Origin: Alphaproteobacteria bacterium
GTDB lineage: Bacteria; Pseudomonadota; Alphaproteobacteria; Rhodobacterales; Rhodobacteraceae
NCBI GenBank assembly: GCA_003695135.1
Contig: RFIR01000027.1
Span: 1 to 24,441, forward strand
Reading direction: 5' to 3'
DNA length: 24,441 nucleotides
Under the pieces are notes generated by a model that searched no databases, had not been told where the DNA came from, and worked only from the letters and a program-made list of their open reading frames with translations. Below, in pieces: positions 17,058-24,441 of this stretch (the first letter of the stretch is position 1; each line of letters begins with the position of its first letter). Made by a program: the position numbers and the translations under genes.

Positions 17058-18602
17058 TCAGCCGGCTGCCTTGTCCTCGGTTTCGTCCTCGTCTGTCTCC
17101 TGCCCGGTCAGGATGATCGCGTTCGACACCATCTGGTGGACGGAGACGATGGAATCCATCTCGTAGCCGAACTCGGGCATCACCTTGGAAAACTGCGTCT
17201 TGCAGATGGCGCAGATCGCGGCCATGTGGGTGACGCCGTGTTCCTCGGTCACCTGCTGCAGCGCCGTCATGCGCGGCGTGGCGCCCTTCTTGCGCAGCTC
17301 CATCAGATCGTCGGTCAGCAGTCCGCCGCCGCCGCCACAGCACAGCGTCGATTCCATGATCGTGTCGCGGTCCATGTCGTAGAAATGGTTGCAGACCGCA
17401 CGCAGGATGTTGCGCGGGATCTCGAACTGGCCGCCGGGCTTGTCTCCCATGCGGCTGGCGCGCGCGACATTGCAGCTGTCATGGAAGGTCAGTCGGATGT
17501 GATCGTTCCTGGAGCGGTCGAATTTCAGCTTGCCGCGCTCGATCAGATCCCAGGTGTATTCGCAGATATGCTGCGGCACCGGGTAGTTCGGATCGAGAAA
17601 GTCGAACGGCCCGGCCAGCGTGTTGAGGTAGGAATAGGCCACCCGCCAGGCGTGGCCGCATTCACCGAAGATGATGCGCCTGACGCCCAGATCCTCGGCC
17701 GCCTTGCGGATCCTGAGCGCCAGCTCGCGCATGTTCTCGTAGGAGCCGATGAACAGCCCGAAATTCGCCGCTTCCGAGGCATAGGAGGAAAGTGTCCAGC
17801 TCGCGCCCGCCTCGTGGAACACCTTGGCATAGCCGATCAGCCCGTCGATATGGGGTTCGGCAAAGAAATCGGCCGAGGGGGTAACCAGCAGTATCTCGGC
17901 GCCCTTCTCGTCGAGCGGAAGGCGCACCGAGATGCCGGTATCGTCCTCGATATCCTCTTCCAGATCCTCGAGAGTTGCCCGCAACGCCTTGGGATTCAAT
18001 CCAAGATTGTTGCCGATATCCTTAACCTTGCCGATGATCTCATTGGCGTATTTCTGGCCGATGCCGACGCTGTCGAGGATCTCGCGCGCGGCCATGGTGA
18101 TCTCGGCGGTATCGATGCCATAGGGGCAGAAGACCGAGCAGCGCCGGCATTCCGAGCACTGGTGGTAATAGGAATACCATTCCTGCAGCACGTCCTCGGT
18201 CAGGTCACGCGCGCCCACCAGCCAGGGAAAATGCTTGCCGGCGAAGGTGAAATAGCGCCGGTAGATCGAGCGCAGCAGGTCCTGGCGCGCCACCGGCATG
18301 TTCTTGGGATCCCCGGTGCCAAGAAAATAGTGGCACTTGTCGGTGCAGGCACCGCATTTGACGCAAGTATCGAGATAGACCTGAAAGGCGCGGTTCTTGC
18401 GGGCCAGCTCGGCCATCTTGGCCAGCGCCACCTCCTTCCAGTTCTCCACCAGCTCGCCGGGAAAGCCCAGCTTGGCCTGATGCTCGGGTGCGGCGGTGAA
18501 CGGCTTGAGCCCCTCCATCGCCCCGCATTTGAGGTCCGGTATCTCCAGCGGGTCGGGGACGAAGCGCGGACCGTCGGGATGGTCCATGTCGAGCGTGGCC
18601 AT
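17058..18602 (-). CDS. dsrK: DsrK, HdrD-like catalytic subunit
   Basis: CVKCGACTDKC, CSECRRCSVFCP, GECGH, TFHDSCN, CCGGGGG, CAICK. Confidence 0.95.
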   Translation of the reverse strand: MATLDMDHPDGPRFVPDPLEIPDLKCGAMEGLKPFTAAPEHQAKLGFPGELVENWKEVALAKMAELARKNRAFQVYLDTCVKCGACTDKCHYFLGTGDPKNMPVARQDLLRSIYRRYFTFAGKHFPWLVGARDLTEDVLQEWYSYYHQCSECRRCSVFCPYGIDTAEITMAAREILDSVGIGQKYANEIIGKVKDIGNNLGLNPKALRATLEDLEEDIEDDTGISVRLPLDEKGAEILLVTPSADFFAEPHIDGLIGYAKVFHEAGASWTLSSYASEAANFGLFIGSYENMRELALRIRKAAEDLGVRRIIFGECGHAWRVAYSYLNTLAGPFDFLDPNYPVPQHICEYTWDLIERGKLKFDRSRNDHIRLTFHDSCNVARASRMGDKPGGQFEIPRNILRAVCNHFYDMDRDTIMESTLCCGGGGGLLTDDLMELRKKGATPRMTALQQVTEEHGVTHMAAICAICKTQFSKVMPEFGYEMDSIVSVHQMVSNAIILTGQETDEDETEDKAAG

Positions 18603-18608
18603 GGCGCG

Positions 18609-19331
18609 CTACCTTTCCAGCTCGGCCGCCCAGGGCGCGAGATGGCGCACCTCGCGCGGATTGTCGACCTGATTGCGCGTCGGGCTGAAGAACACCCCCG
18701 GCACGTGCAGGAGCTTGGAGATCGGGAACACCAGCATCAGCACCAGCACCAGCGTCAGATGCACCAGCAGGATCGGGTCGGCGGGCAGCGGATTGATCTG
18801 AAGCCGGAACAGGCCGAGGAAGAACGCCTTGACCGCGATGATGTCGGGCCGGGCGACGAAGCGCATGCCCAGCCCGCTCAGCCCGATCGCCACCAGCAGC
18901 GCCAGCATCAGATGGTCGGAGGGATTGGTGATGTAGCGGATGCGTTCGACCAGGACCCGGCGCGCCCACAGCCCGGCCAGCCCCGCCACCATCGCGAAGC
19001 CGGCATAGATGCCGTAGGGCTGGATGAAGCGGACCCAGAACCAGACCGGCTCGGTGAAGTACCGCAGATGCCGCATCAGCACCAGCAGCAGCGCGAAGTG
19101 GAACACCCAGCCGAACAGCCAGATCCATTTGTTGGACCTGAACAGGCTTTCGAACAGCACCACCTCGCGCGCCATGCGCAGAACCACCCCGCCCCGCGTG
19201 ACCGGGGCCGGCGTGGTCGGGATCTTCAGTGGCGCAGGCGTACGTGCGTATCTGGCGATCTTCCACGCCAGCCCCACCACCAGAAAGGCCGTGGCGGCGT
19301 AGAACAGCAGCGCATAGATCACGGACAGCAC
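18609..19331 (-). CDS. dsrM: DsrM, NarI-like diheme cytochrome b
   Basis: GTG start after GAGGAGG; PAPLKIPTTPAP, FESLFRSNKW, His ligands in FH..MRH and VH..KLLH. Confidence 0.95.
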   Translation of the reverse strand: MLSVIYALLFYAATAFLVVGLAWKIARYARTPAPLKIPTTPAPVTRGGVVLRMAREVVLFESLFRSNKWIWLFGWVFHFALLLVLMRHLRYFTEPVWFWVRFIQPYGIYAGFAMVAGLAGLWARRVLVERIRYITNPSDHLMLALLVAIGLSGLGMRFVARPDIIAVKAFFLGLFRLQINPLPADPILLVHLTLVLVLMLVFPISKLLHVPGVFFSPTRNQVDNPREVRHLAPWAAELER

Positions 19332-19387
19332 GCGGATTCCTCCTCGCCTTTTTTTATGATTATTGTTTTTTTACAGTCGGTTGGCCG

Positions 19388-19720
19388 TCAGACACATCCG
19401 GTCGGCTTGGGCAGCCCAGCGATCTTGCAGGCCTGTTTCGCGGGCCCGTAGGGGAACAGCTCGTAGAGATACTTGTTGTTGCCCTTCTCCGGCCCCATCG
19501 ACTTCTTGATCGCCTTGATCAGTACCCGAACCGCCGGGGCAATCTGGTATTCCTCGTAATAGTCGCGAAGGAAGTTCACCACCTCCCAGTGCTCGTCGGT
19601 CATCTCGATGTTTTCCGACTTGGCGATCTCCTCGGCCAGTTCCTTCGACCAGTCCGAGAGATTGATGATGTAGCCTTCCTCGTCGGCCGGGATCGTGTGG
19701 CCGTTGACCTTGTATTCCAT
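19388..19720 (-). CDS. dsrC: DsrC sulfur carrier (110 aa)
   Basis: ATG at 19720 after GAAGGAG; DEEGYI..W, HWEVVNFLRDYY, LFPYGPAKQACKIAGLPKPTGCV with both conserved C-terminal Cys. Confidence 0.97.
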   Translation of the reverse strand: MEYKVNGHTIPADEEGYIINLSDWSKELAEEIAKSENIEMTDEHWEVVNFLRDYYEEYQIAPAVRVLIKAIKKSMGPEKGNNKYLYELFPYGPAKQACKIAGLPKPTGCV

Positions 19721-19770
19721 CTCGCTTGCTCCTTCTTCGCCGCGCCCGCCGGGGCGCCGCATTCACATCT

Positions 19771-20079
19771 TCACAGCCAGGCCTGGGTGCGGTCGTGTTC
19801 TGCCACCAGATCGACGAAGCCGCGATAGTCGACGCCGGTCACTCCCGCGATCATCCGGTCCTCGGGCAGGCCGCGCGCGGCGATATCGGGCGTCAGCACG
19901 TAGAGCTTCACGGCCCCCGCCTTCGCCGCGACCCTGTCCGACAGCGCGGTGCCCGACAGCGCGCCATAGACGCCGTCCTCGATCATCAGCACCGCGTCGC
20001 CCGGCCGGCAATGGGCCAGGCAGCTTTCCAGCGTGCGGGTCTCGAAGGGCGACTTGTTGACGGTGTGCAGCGTTGACAT
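19771..20079 (-). CDS. dsrH: DsrH (TusB-like)
   Basis: LHTVNKSPF, LMIEDGVY, DIAARGL, YRGFVDLVAEH. Confidence 0.95.
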   Translation of the reverse strand: MSTLHTVNKSPFETRTLESCLAHCRPGDAVLMIEDGVYGALSGTALSDRVAAKAGAVKLYVLTPDIAARGLPEDRMIAGVTGVDYRGFVDLVAEHDRTQAWL

Positions 20080-20088
20080 CGGCAGCCC

Positions 20089-20499
20089 TCAGAAACTCAG
20101 GATCACGTCCTGTTCGGCCATGATCGCGGCCATCTCTTCGCGGCTGACGACGCGGATCGAGGGCTTTTCGGCCCAGTCGTCATCCTCGTCCTCATAGGTG
20201 ATCTCTTGCAGATCCTCCGCGCTCAGGCCGCGTTCTTCCAGCGACTCGCGCTCGACATAGAGCCTGGTGACCTCATAGTCGCCCAGCGCGCGGAAGGTGG
20301 GCGAGAAGTTCTTCACCCCGATCGCGGCGGTATCCTGACCGCTGGTCAGCTGGAACACGCCGTCATCGAGAAAGGCGAGGCTGACATCCTGATCGAAGGC
20401 CGCCCCGATCAGCACCACCTCCAGCGCCTCCAGCGCATAGATGGTGCCATAGGGCGCCTTGCGGTTGACGTAGAGGAATTTCTTCACGTCCTCAGACAT
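20089..20499 (-). CDS. dsrF: DsrF (TusC-like)
   Basis: KKFLYVNRKAPYGTIYALEALE, FLDDGVFQL, SLEERGL. Confidence 0.95.
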   Translation of the reverse strand: MSEDVKKFLYVNRKAPYGTIYALEALEVVLIGAAFDQDVSLAFLDDGVFQLTSGQDTAAIGVKNFSPTFRALGDYEVTRLYVERESLEERGLSAEDLQEITYEDEDDDWAEKPSIRVVSREEMAAIMAEQDVILSF

Positions 20500-20511
20500 T
20501 TGTCCCCGCCC

Positions 20512-20904
20512 TCAATCGCCGAACATCACCAGACGGTCGGTCTGGATCGCCATCTCGATCAGCTGGCCGAGGCCCGAGATGCGAAAGCCCTCGGCGATGT
20601 TGTCGGCATCCTTGCCCTGCCGCTTCGCCTCGTTGGCATCCAGCAGCCCCCGCCGCTGCGCCGCGGCGATGCAGACCACAAGATCGGTGCCGTGCTCGGC
20701 AGCCAGCGCGGTCCAGTTTTCCTGGATGTTGCGCTCGTCCTGCGGCGGTACGCTGAGCCGGGTCGAGACATTGACCCCGTCATGGTAGAAGAACACCCGC
20801 GGCACCTCATGCCCGGCGGCAAGGGCGGCGCGCACGAAATTGTAGGCGCTGTCGGCCGCCTGATGCGTGTAGGGGCCTTCGCTGACCACGACACCGATCT
20901 TCAC
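20512..20904 (-). CDS. dsrE: DsrE (TusD-like) sulfurtransferase
   Basis: GTG start; EGPYTHQA, VFFYHDGV, active-site VVCIAAAQRRG, SGLGQL. Confidence 0.95.
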   Translation of the reverse strand: MKIGVVVSEGPYTHQAADSAYNFVRAALAAGHEVPRVFFYHDGVNVSTRLSVPPQDERNIQENWTALAAEHGTDLVVCIAAAQRRGLLDANEAKRQGKDADNIAEGFRISGLGQLIEMAIQTDRLVMFGD

Positions 20905-20913
20905 CGTACCACC

Positions 20914-21999
20914 TCAGAAATGGATGTGTGCGGAGTGGTTCATGGTGTGGCGCGCGCCGGTCCAGGTATCGAGGTGATGCTTGGTGAAGGCGAGCCCCGT
21001 CATCTCGAAGAACCGGTTCCAGCCGATGCGCTCGATCCACTCGCCCAGCCGCTCCCAGTCCTTGGCGTCCTCCTTGTAGGTGGCGACGATCTTGCGGACC
21101 ACTTCCCTGACCTCCGGCCAGTGCGGCGGGTTGTTGGGCAGGTTGGCGACGGCCAGCTTGTGGAAGGTCGGCTTTGAGCGCGCATTGGAATGCTTGCCGC
21201 CGACCCAGATGGCGATCTTGGTCGATTCCTTGCCGTTGATCTGCATCGGCGGGCAGGGCGGATAGCAGGCGCCGCAGCAGACGCATTTGCGCTCGTCAAC
21301 CTCCAGGCTCGGCTTGCCGTTGACCAGCGCCGGGCGGATCGCCGCAACCGGGCAGCGCGCGACCACCGCGGGGCGTTCGCAGACATTGGCCACCAGATCG
21401 TGGTTGATCTTTGGCGGTTTGGTGTACTGCACGTTGATCGCGATATCGCCCTGCCCGCCGCAGTTGATCTGGCAGCAGGATGTGGTGATGCGCACCCGGT
21501 TGGGCATCTCCTCGTGGATGAATTCCTCGTGCAGCATGTCCATCAGGCTCTTGACCACGCCCGAGGCATCGGTGCCGGGGATGTCGCAATGCAGCCAGCC
21601 CTGGGTATGGCTGATCATCGAGACCGAGTTGCCGGTACCGCCGACCGGGAAGCCCTCCTCCTGCAGCTTCGAGATCAGCGCCGGCACCTTGGCGAATTCC
21701 GAGACCATGAACTCGATGTTCGAGCGGGTGGTGAAGCGGACATGACCCTCGGCGAATTCGTCGGCGATGTCGCACAGCTTGCGGATGGTGAACACGTCCA
21801 TCTGCCGCTGGGTGCCCGCGCGCACCGTCCAGATCTCGTCGCCCGACTTGGCCACGTGATGCAGCACCCCCGGGCGCGGCCGGTCGTGCCAGGCCCAGTT
21901 GCCATAGTTCTTCTTCATCACCGGGTGCATGAACTGGAAGGGGTCGGGGACGCCGACCTCGTCCGGCATGCGGGGCTTGTCCTGGGCTTTCTGATCCAT
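20914..21999 (-). CDS. dsrB: Reverse-type dissimilatory sulfite reductase beta subunit
   Basis: NYGNWAWHDRPRPGVLHH, TQGWLHCDIPGTDASG, TSCCQINCGG, CVCCGACYPPCP, WERLGEWIERIGW. Confidence 0.97.
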   Translation of the reverse strand: MDQKAQDKPRMPDEVGVPDPFQFMHPVMKKNYGNWAWHDRPRPGVLHHVAKSGDEIWTVRAGTQRQMDVFTIRKLCDIADEFAEGHVRFTTRSNIEFMVSEFAKVPALISKLQEEGFPVGGTGNSVSMISHTQGWLHCDIPGTDASGVVKSLMDMLHEEFIHEEMPNRVRITTSCCQINCGGQGDIAINVQYTKPPKINHDLVANVCERPAVVARCPVAAIRPALVNGKPSLEVDERKCVCCGACYPPCPPMQINGKESTKIAIWVGGKHSNARSKPTFHKLAVANLPNNPPHWPEVREVVRKIVATYKEDAKDWERLGEWIERIGWNRFFEMTGLAFTKHHLDTWTGARHTMNHSAHIHF

Positions 22000-22057
22000 C
22001 CTGTCCTCCCTCGGCCGCCCGGCTGGTGCCGGGCAGCACCGAAATTCCTGCCTCGCT

Positions 22058-23347
22058 TCAGTCGGTGTCCGATCCGACCGTCATGCCGGCCGCGTGCGCC
22101 TTGCGCTCGAACCACTTGGCGGCCTCGTCGTCGAAATCGTCCGTGCGCACGAAGCAGGAGGTCCGCGGGTGGTTGACCATGTTCGGGTCGGGGTCGATGC
22201 CAAGCGCCTCGAGGAAGGCCGGCAGTCCGATCCGGTCGATGGTCTCGCCGATGCGCTCGTGCTCCAGCGCGTTGTCGGCGAAGAACTCCACCATGTTCTC
22301 GGCCAGCTCGGTGAGCTTCTCGAAATCCTCATCCGTCTCCAGCTTCATGAAGGGGATGATCATGGTGCCCATCAGATCGCCGATCTTCAGCGCCCGCTTG
22401 CCGCCGACCAGAATCGACACGCCCTTGTCGTCGCCGGGGCTCAGCGCCTTGGTCATGACGTTGATGCAGTGCATGCAGCGCACGCAGGAGCGGTTGTCGA
22501 TCTCCAGCGTGTCATCGTCATTGAGGCTGATGGCGCGGGTCGGGCACATCGAGACCACCGTGTCGATGGTGTATTTGCGGCCCTTCTCGGCGATGTGCTC
22601 CTTGACCTTGTCCTGATCGATCTTGATGTCGTCGCGCCAGGTGCCGATCACCGCGAAATCGGAGCGGTGGATGGCGTTCACGCAGTCATTGGCGCAGCCG
22701 GAGAACTTGAACTTGAACTTGTAGGGCAGCGCCGGGCGGTGCATCTCGTCGAGCAGCGTGTTGATGATCGTCCGGTGCGCCCGGACCTCGTCATAGCAGG
22801 ACTGCTCGCAGCGGGCGTGGCCGACGCAGCTCATCGCCGTGCGCAGCGCGGGACCGGCGCCGCCGAGATCGAAGCCGAGCTCGTTGAGCTCGTCGAACGC
22901 CTTCTGGGTGTTCTCGGTGGTGCAGCCCTGGAACATGATGTCGCCCGACTGGCCGTGGAAGGCGATCAGCCCCGAACCATGGCGTTCCCAGATGTCGCAC
23001 AGCTTGCGCAGGACGTCCGTGGTGTAGTGATAGCCCGCCGGCGGCATCACGCGGAGCGTGTGGAACTCCTTCGATTCGGGAAACTTGTCGGCGACCTCGG
23101 AAAAGCGCGGGATGATGCCGCCGCCATAGCCGAACACCGAGACCGTGCCGCCTTTCCAGAAGCCGAGCTGCTCCTGATAGGAATGATTGAGCTGGCCCAG
23201 AAGGTCGTTCATCATCTTCCGGTTGCCCTCGGAGCCCTCGTCGCGCAGGCGCTTGAGCCCTTTCACGAAGCTCGGCCACGGGCCATCCTCCAGCGGATCG
23301 AGCATCGGTGTCGGGTGCTTGCCGTTGGTGGGATCGCCATCTTTCAT
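22058..23347 (-). CDS. dsrA: Reverse-type dissimilatory sulfite reductase alpha subunit (429 aa)
   Basis: ATG at 23347 after GGGAG (track start 23602 is too long). TPMLDPLEDGPWPSFV, FWKGGTVSVFGYGGGIIPRF, SCVGHARCEQSC, FKFKFSGCANDC, CVRCMHCIN. Confidence 0.97.
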   Translation of the reverse strand: MKDGDPTNGKHPTPMLDPLEDGPWPSFVKGLKRLRDEGSEGNRKMMNDLLGQLNHSYQEQLGFWKGGTVSVFGYGGGIIPRFSEVADKFPESKEFHTLRVMPPAGYHYTTDVLRKLCDIWERHGSGLIAFHGQSGDIMFQGCTTENTQKAFDELNELGFDLGGAGPALRTAMSCVGHARCEQSCYDEVRAHRTIINTLLDEMHRPALPYKFKFKFSGCANDCVNAIHRSDFAVIGTWRDDIKIDQDKVKEHIAEKGRKYTIDTVVSMCPTRAISLNDDDTLEIDNRSCVRCMHCINVMTKALSPGDDKGVSILVGGKRALKIGDLMGTMIIPFMKLETDEDFEKLTELAENMVEFFADNALEHERIGETIDRIGLPAFLEALGIDPDPNMVNHPRTSCFVRTDDFDDEAAKWFERKAHAAGMTVGSDTD

Positions 23348-23470
23348 GTCGTCTCTCCCTGAAAGCCCGGTTCGTCGTTTCGCAGTCCTCGGTGCGGCCG
23401 TCGCCGCGGTGGTGTTCCCTGTCCATCCGGGGCGAGCGCGGAGGTTCGACGCTTCCCCATTGATTTGAAC

Positions 23471-23488
23471 ATTATGATAGTTGAATAT
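23471..23488 (-). promoter_or_regulatory. Candidate repressor operator in the divergent dsrA/tauD-like promoter
   Basis: Minus strand reads ATATTCAACTATCATAAT, 15/18 identical to 9338-9355, within an AT-rich promoter patch. Confidence 0.65.
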
Positions 23489-23534
23489 AAGAAATACCCA
23501 AACCACGGAATTTTGCAAACGAAAAATGGGGAAT

Positions 23535-24441
23535 ATGGACCGCACATCGCCATCGGCAGCAACAGGCCCGCCGCCAGCAAAGGCGGCGGCAGGAAAATTC
23601 ACGCGAGATCAATGGCTTGAAGTGTGGCGTCTTGATGACGACCGTGCCTATCGCGCCTGGCGCGAGATGCGCCTGGCCGATACCGAAGGCGGCGCGGCGG
23701 CCGAATTCGTGACAGTCTCTGACCTCGCGAATCCCCGCGAGACGGAGCTTGCCGCCCTTCGCGCGCGCTGCGCGAGGTTCAATCTCGTCCTCTATCGCTC
23801 CGAGCGCCAACCCGGCGACGATCGGGGGTTGCGCGCCGCCCTGCGGTCTCTGGCCGGCCGGCTGGGGCTGCGCATCGCCGAACGGCACCGTTCGGTCGGC
23901 GCGCAGGGCATCGTGGCACTGACCTTTTCCGACGCCCCGCGTCAGCGCGGCTACATCCCCTATTCCCGGCGCGGCATGAACTGGCATACGGATGGCTACT
24001 ACAATGACGCGGCCAGCCGCATCCGTGCCTTCCTGCTGCATTGCGCACGGCCGGCGGCGAGGGGCGGGGAAAACCGGCTGCTCGATCCCGAGATCGCCTA
24101 TATCCGCCTGCGCGACGAAAATCCGGCCCATGTCGCCGCGCTGATGCAGGCGCAGGCAATGACGATCCCGGAAAACCGCGAGGCCGATGGCAGCCTGCGC
24201 CCCGCCTCGGTGGGGCCGGTCTTCGCCACCGATCCGGCGACCGGCCGGCTGGTGATGCGCTATACTGCGCGCACCCGTTCGATCGAATGGCGCAACGATC
24301 CGGCGGTGCGGGCCGCGGCCGATTGCCTACGCGAGATCCTCTCCCGCCCGGATCCGGCGATGATCGCGGTGCGGCTGAAGGCGGGCGAGGGGGTTCTCAA
24401 CAACAACGTGCTGCACGATCGCACCGCCTTCGAGGATGACG
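23535..24441 (+). CDS. TauD/TfdA-family Fe(II)/2-oxoglutarate dioxygenase-like protein, truncated at the window edge
   Basis: Not in the ORF track because it has no stop in the window. ATG at 23535 (alternative 23526), open to the end. LDDDRAYRAWRE..GYIPYSRRGMNWHTDGYYN..LLHCARPAARGGEN..GEGVLNNNVLHDRTAF gives the HxD...H facial triad. Confidence 0.88.
   Translation, partial: MDRTSPSAATGPPPAKAAAGKFTRDQWLEVWRLDDDRAYRAWREMRLADTEGGAAAEFVTVSDLANPRETELAALRARCARFNLVLYRSERQPGDDRGLRAALRSLAGRLGLRIAERHRSVGAQGIVALTFSDAPRQRGYIPYSRRGMNWHTDGYYNDAASRIRAFLLHCARPAARGGENRLLDPEIAYIRLRDENPAHVAALMQAQAMTIPENREADGSLRPASVGPVFATDPATGRLVMRYTARTRSIEWRNDPAVRAAADCLREILSRPDPAMIAVRLKAGEGVLNNNVLHDRTAFEDD

Noticed and set aside
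14987-19451. 709-aa and 815-aa plus-strand ORFs
   Set aside because: Shadows of dsrL, dsrK and dsrM.
20170-20200. Acidic YEDEDDDW stretch in DsrF
   Set aside because: As I recall, a normal feature of DsrF in sulfur oxidisers.

Overview
High-GC window, probably alphaproteobacterial (inferred from protein style, not proven). The right two-thirds is a reverse (sulfur-oxidising) Dsr operon on the minus strand: dsrABEFHCMKLJOP, a YbiB/TrpD2-like gene, then dsrN. A TauD-like dioxygenase is divergent from dsrA. A dsrE2-tusA sulfur-relay pair converges on the operon, is divergent from an SqrR/BigR-type two-Cys ArsR repressor, and lies near an Mrp/ApbC Fe-S carrier. The left third holds two large, signal-peptide-less, VWA-containing surface proteins flanking a rhodanese-HigA fusion gene. 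The most notable observations are: (1) an integrin-beta I-like domain with intact metal sites in an RTX protein; (2) a toxin-less rhodanese-HigA fusion that may be a sulfur-sensing regulator; (3) an 18-bp operator-like motif shared by the dsrE2-tusA and dsrA/tauD promoters, suggesting a persulfide-sensing repressor for rDsr; (4) a 91-bp-period non-coding tandem duplication between convergent genes. Family assignments come from motif recognition by eye and recalled reference sequences; no searches were run.
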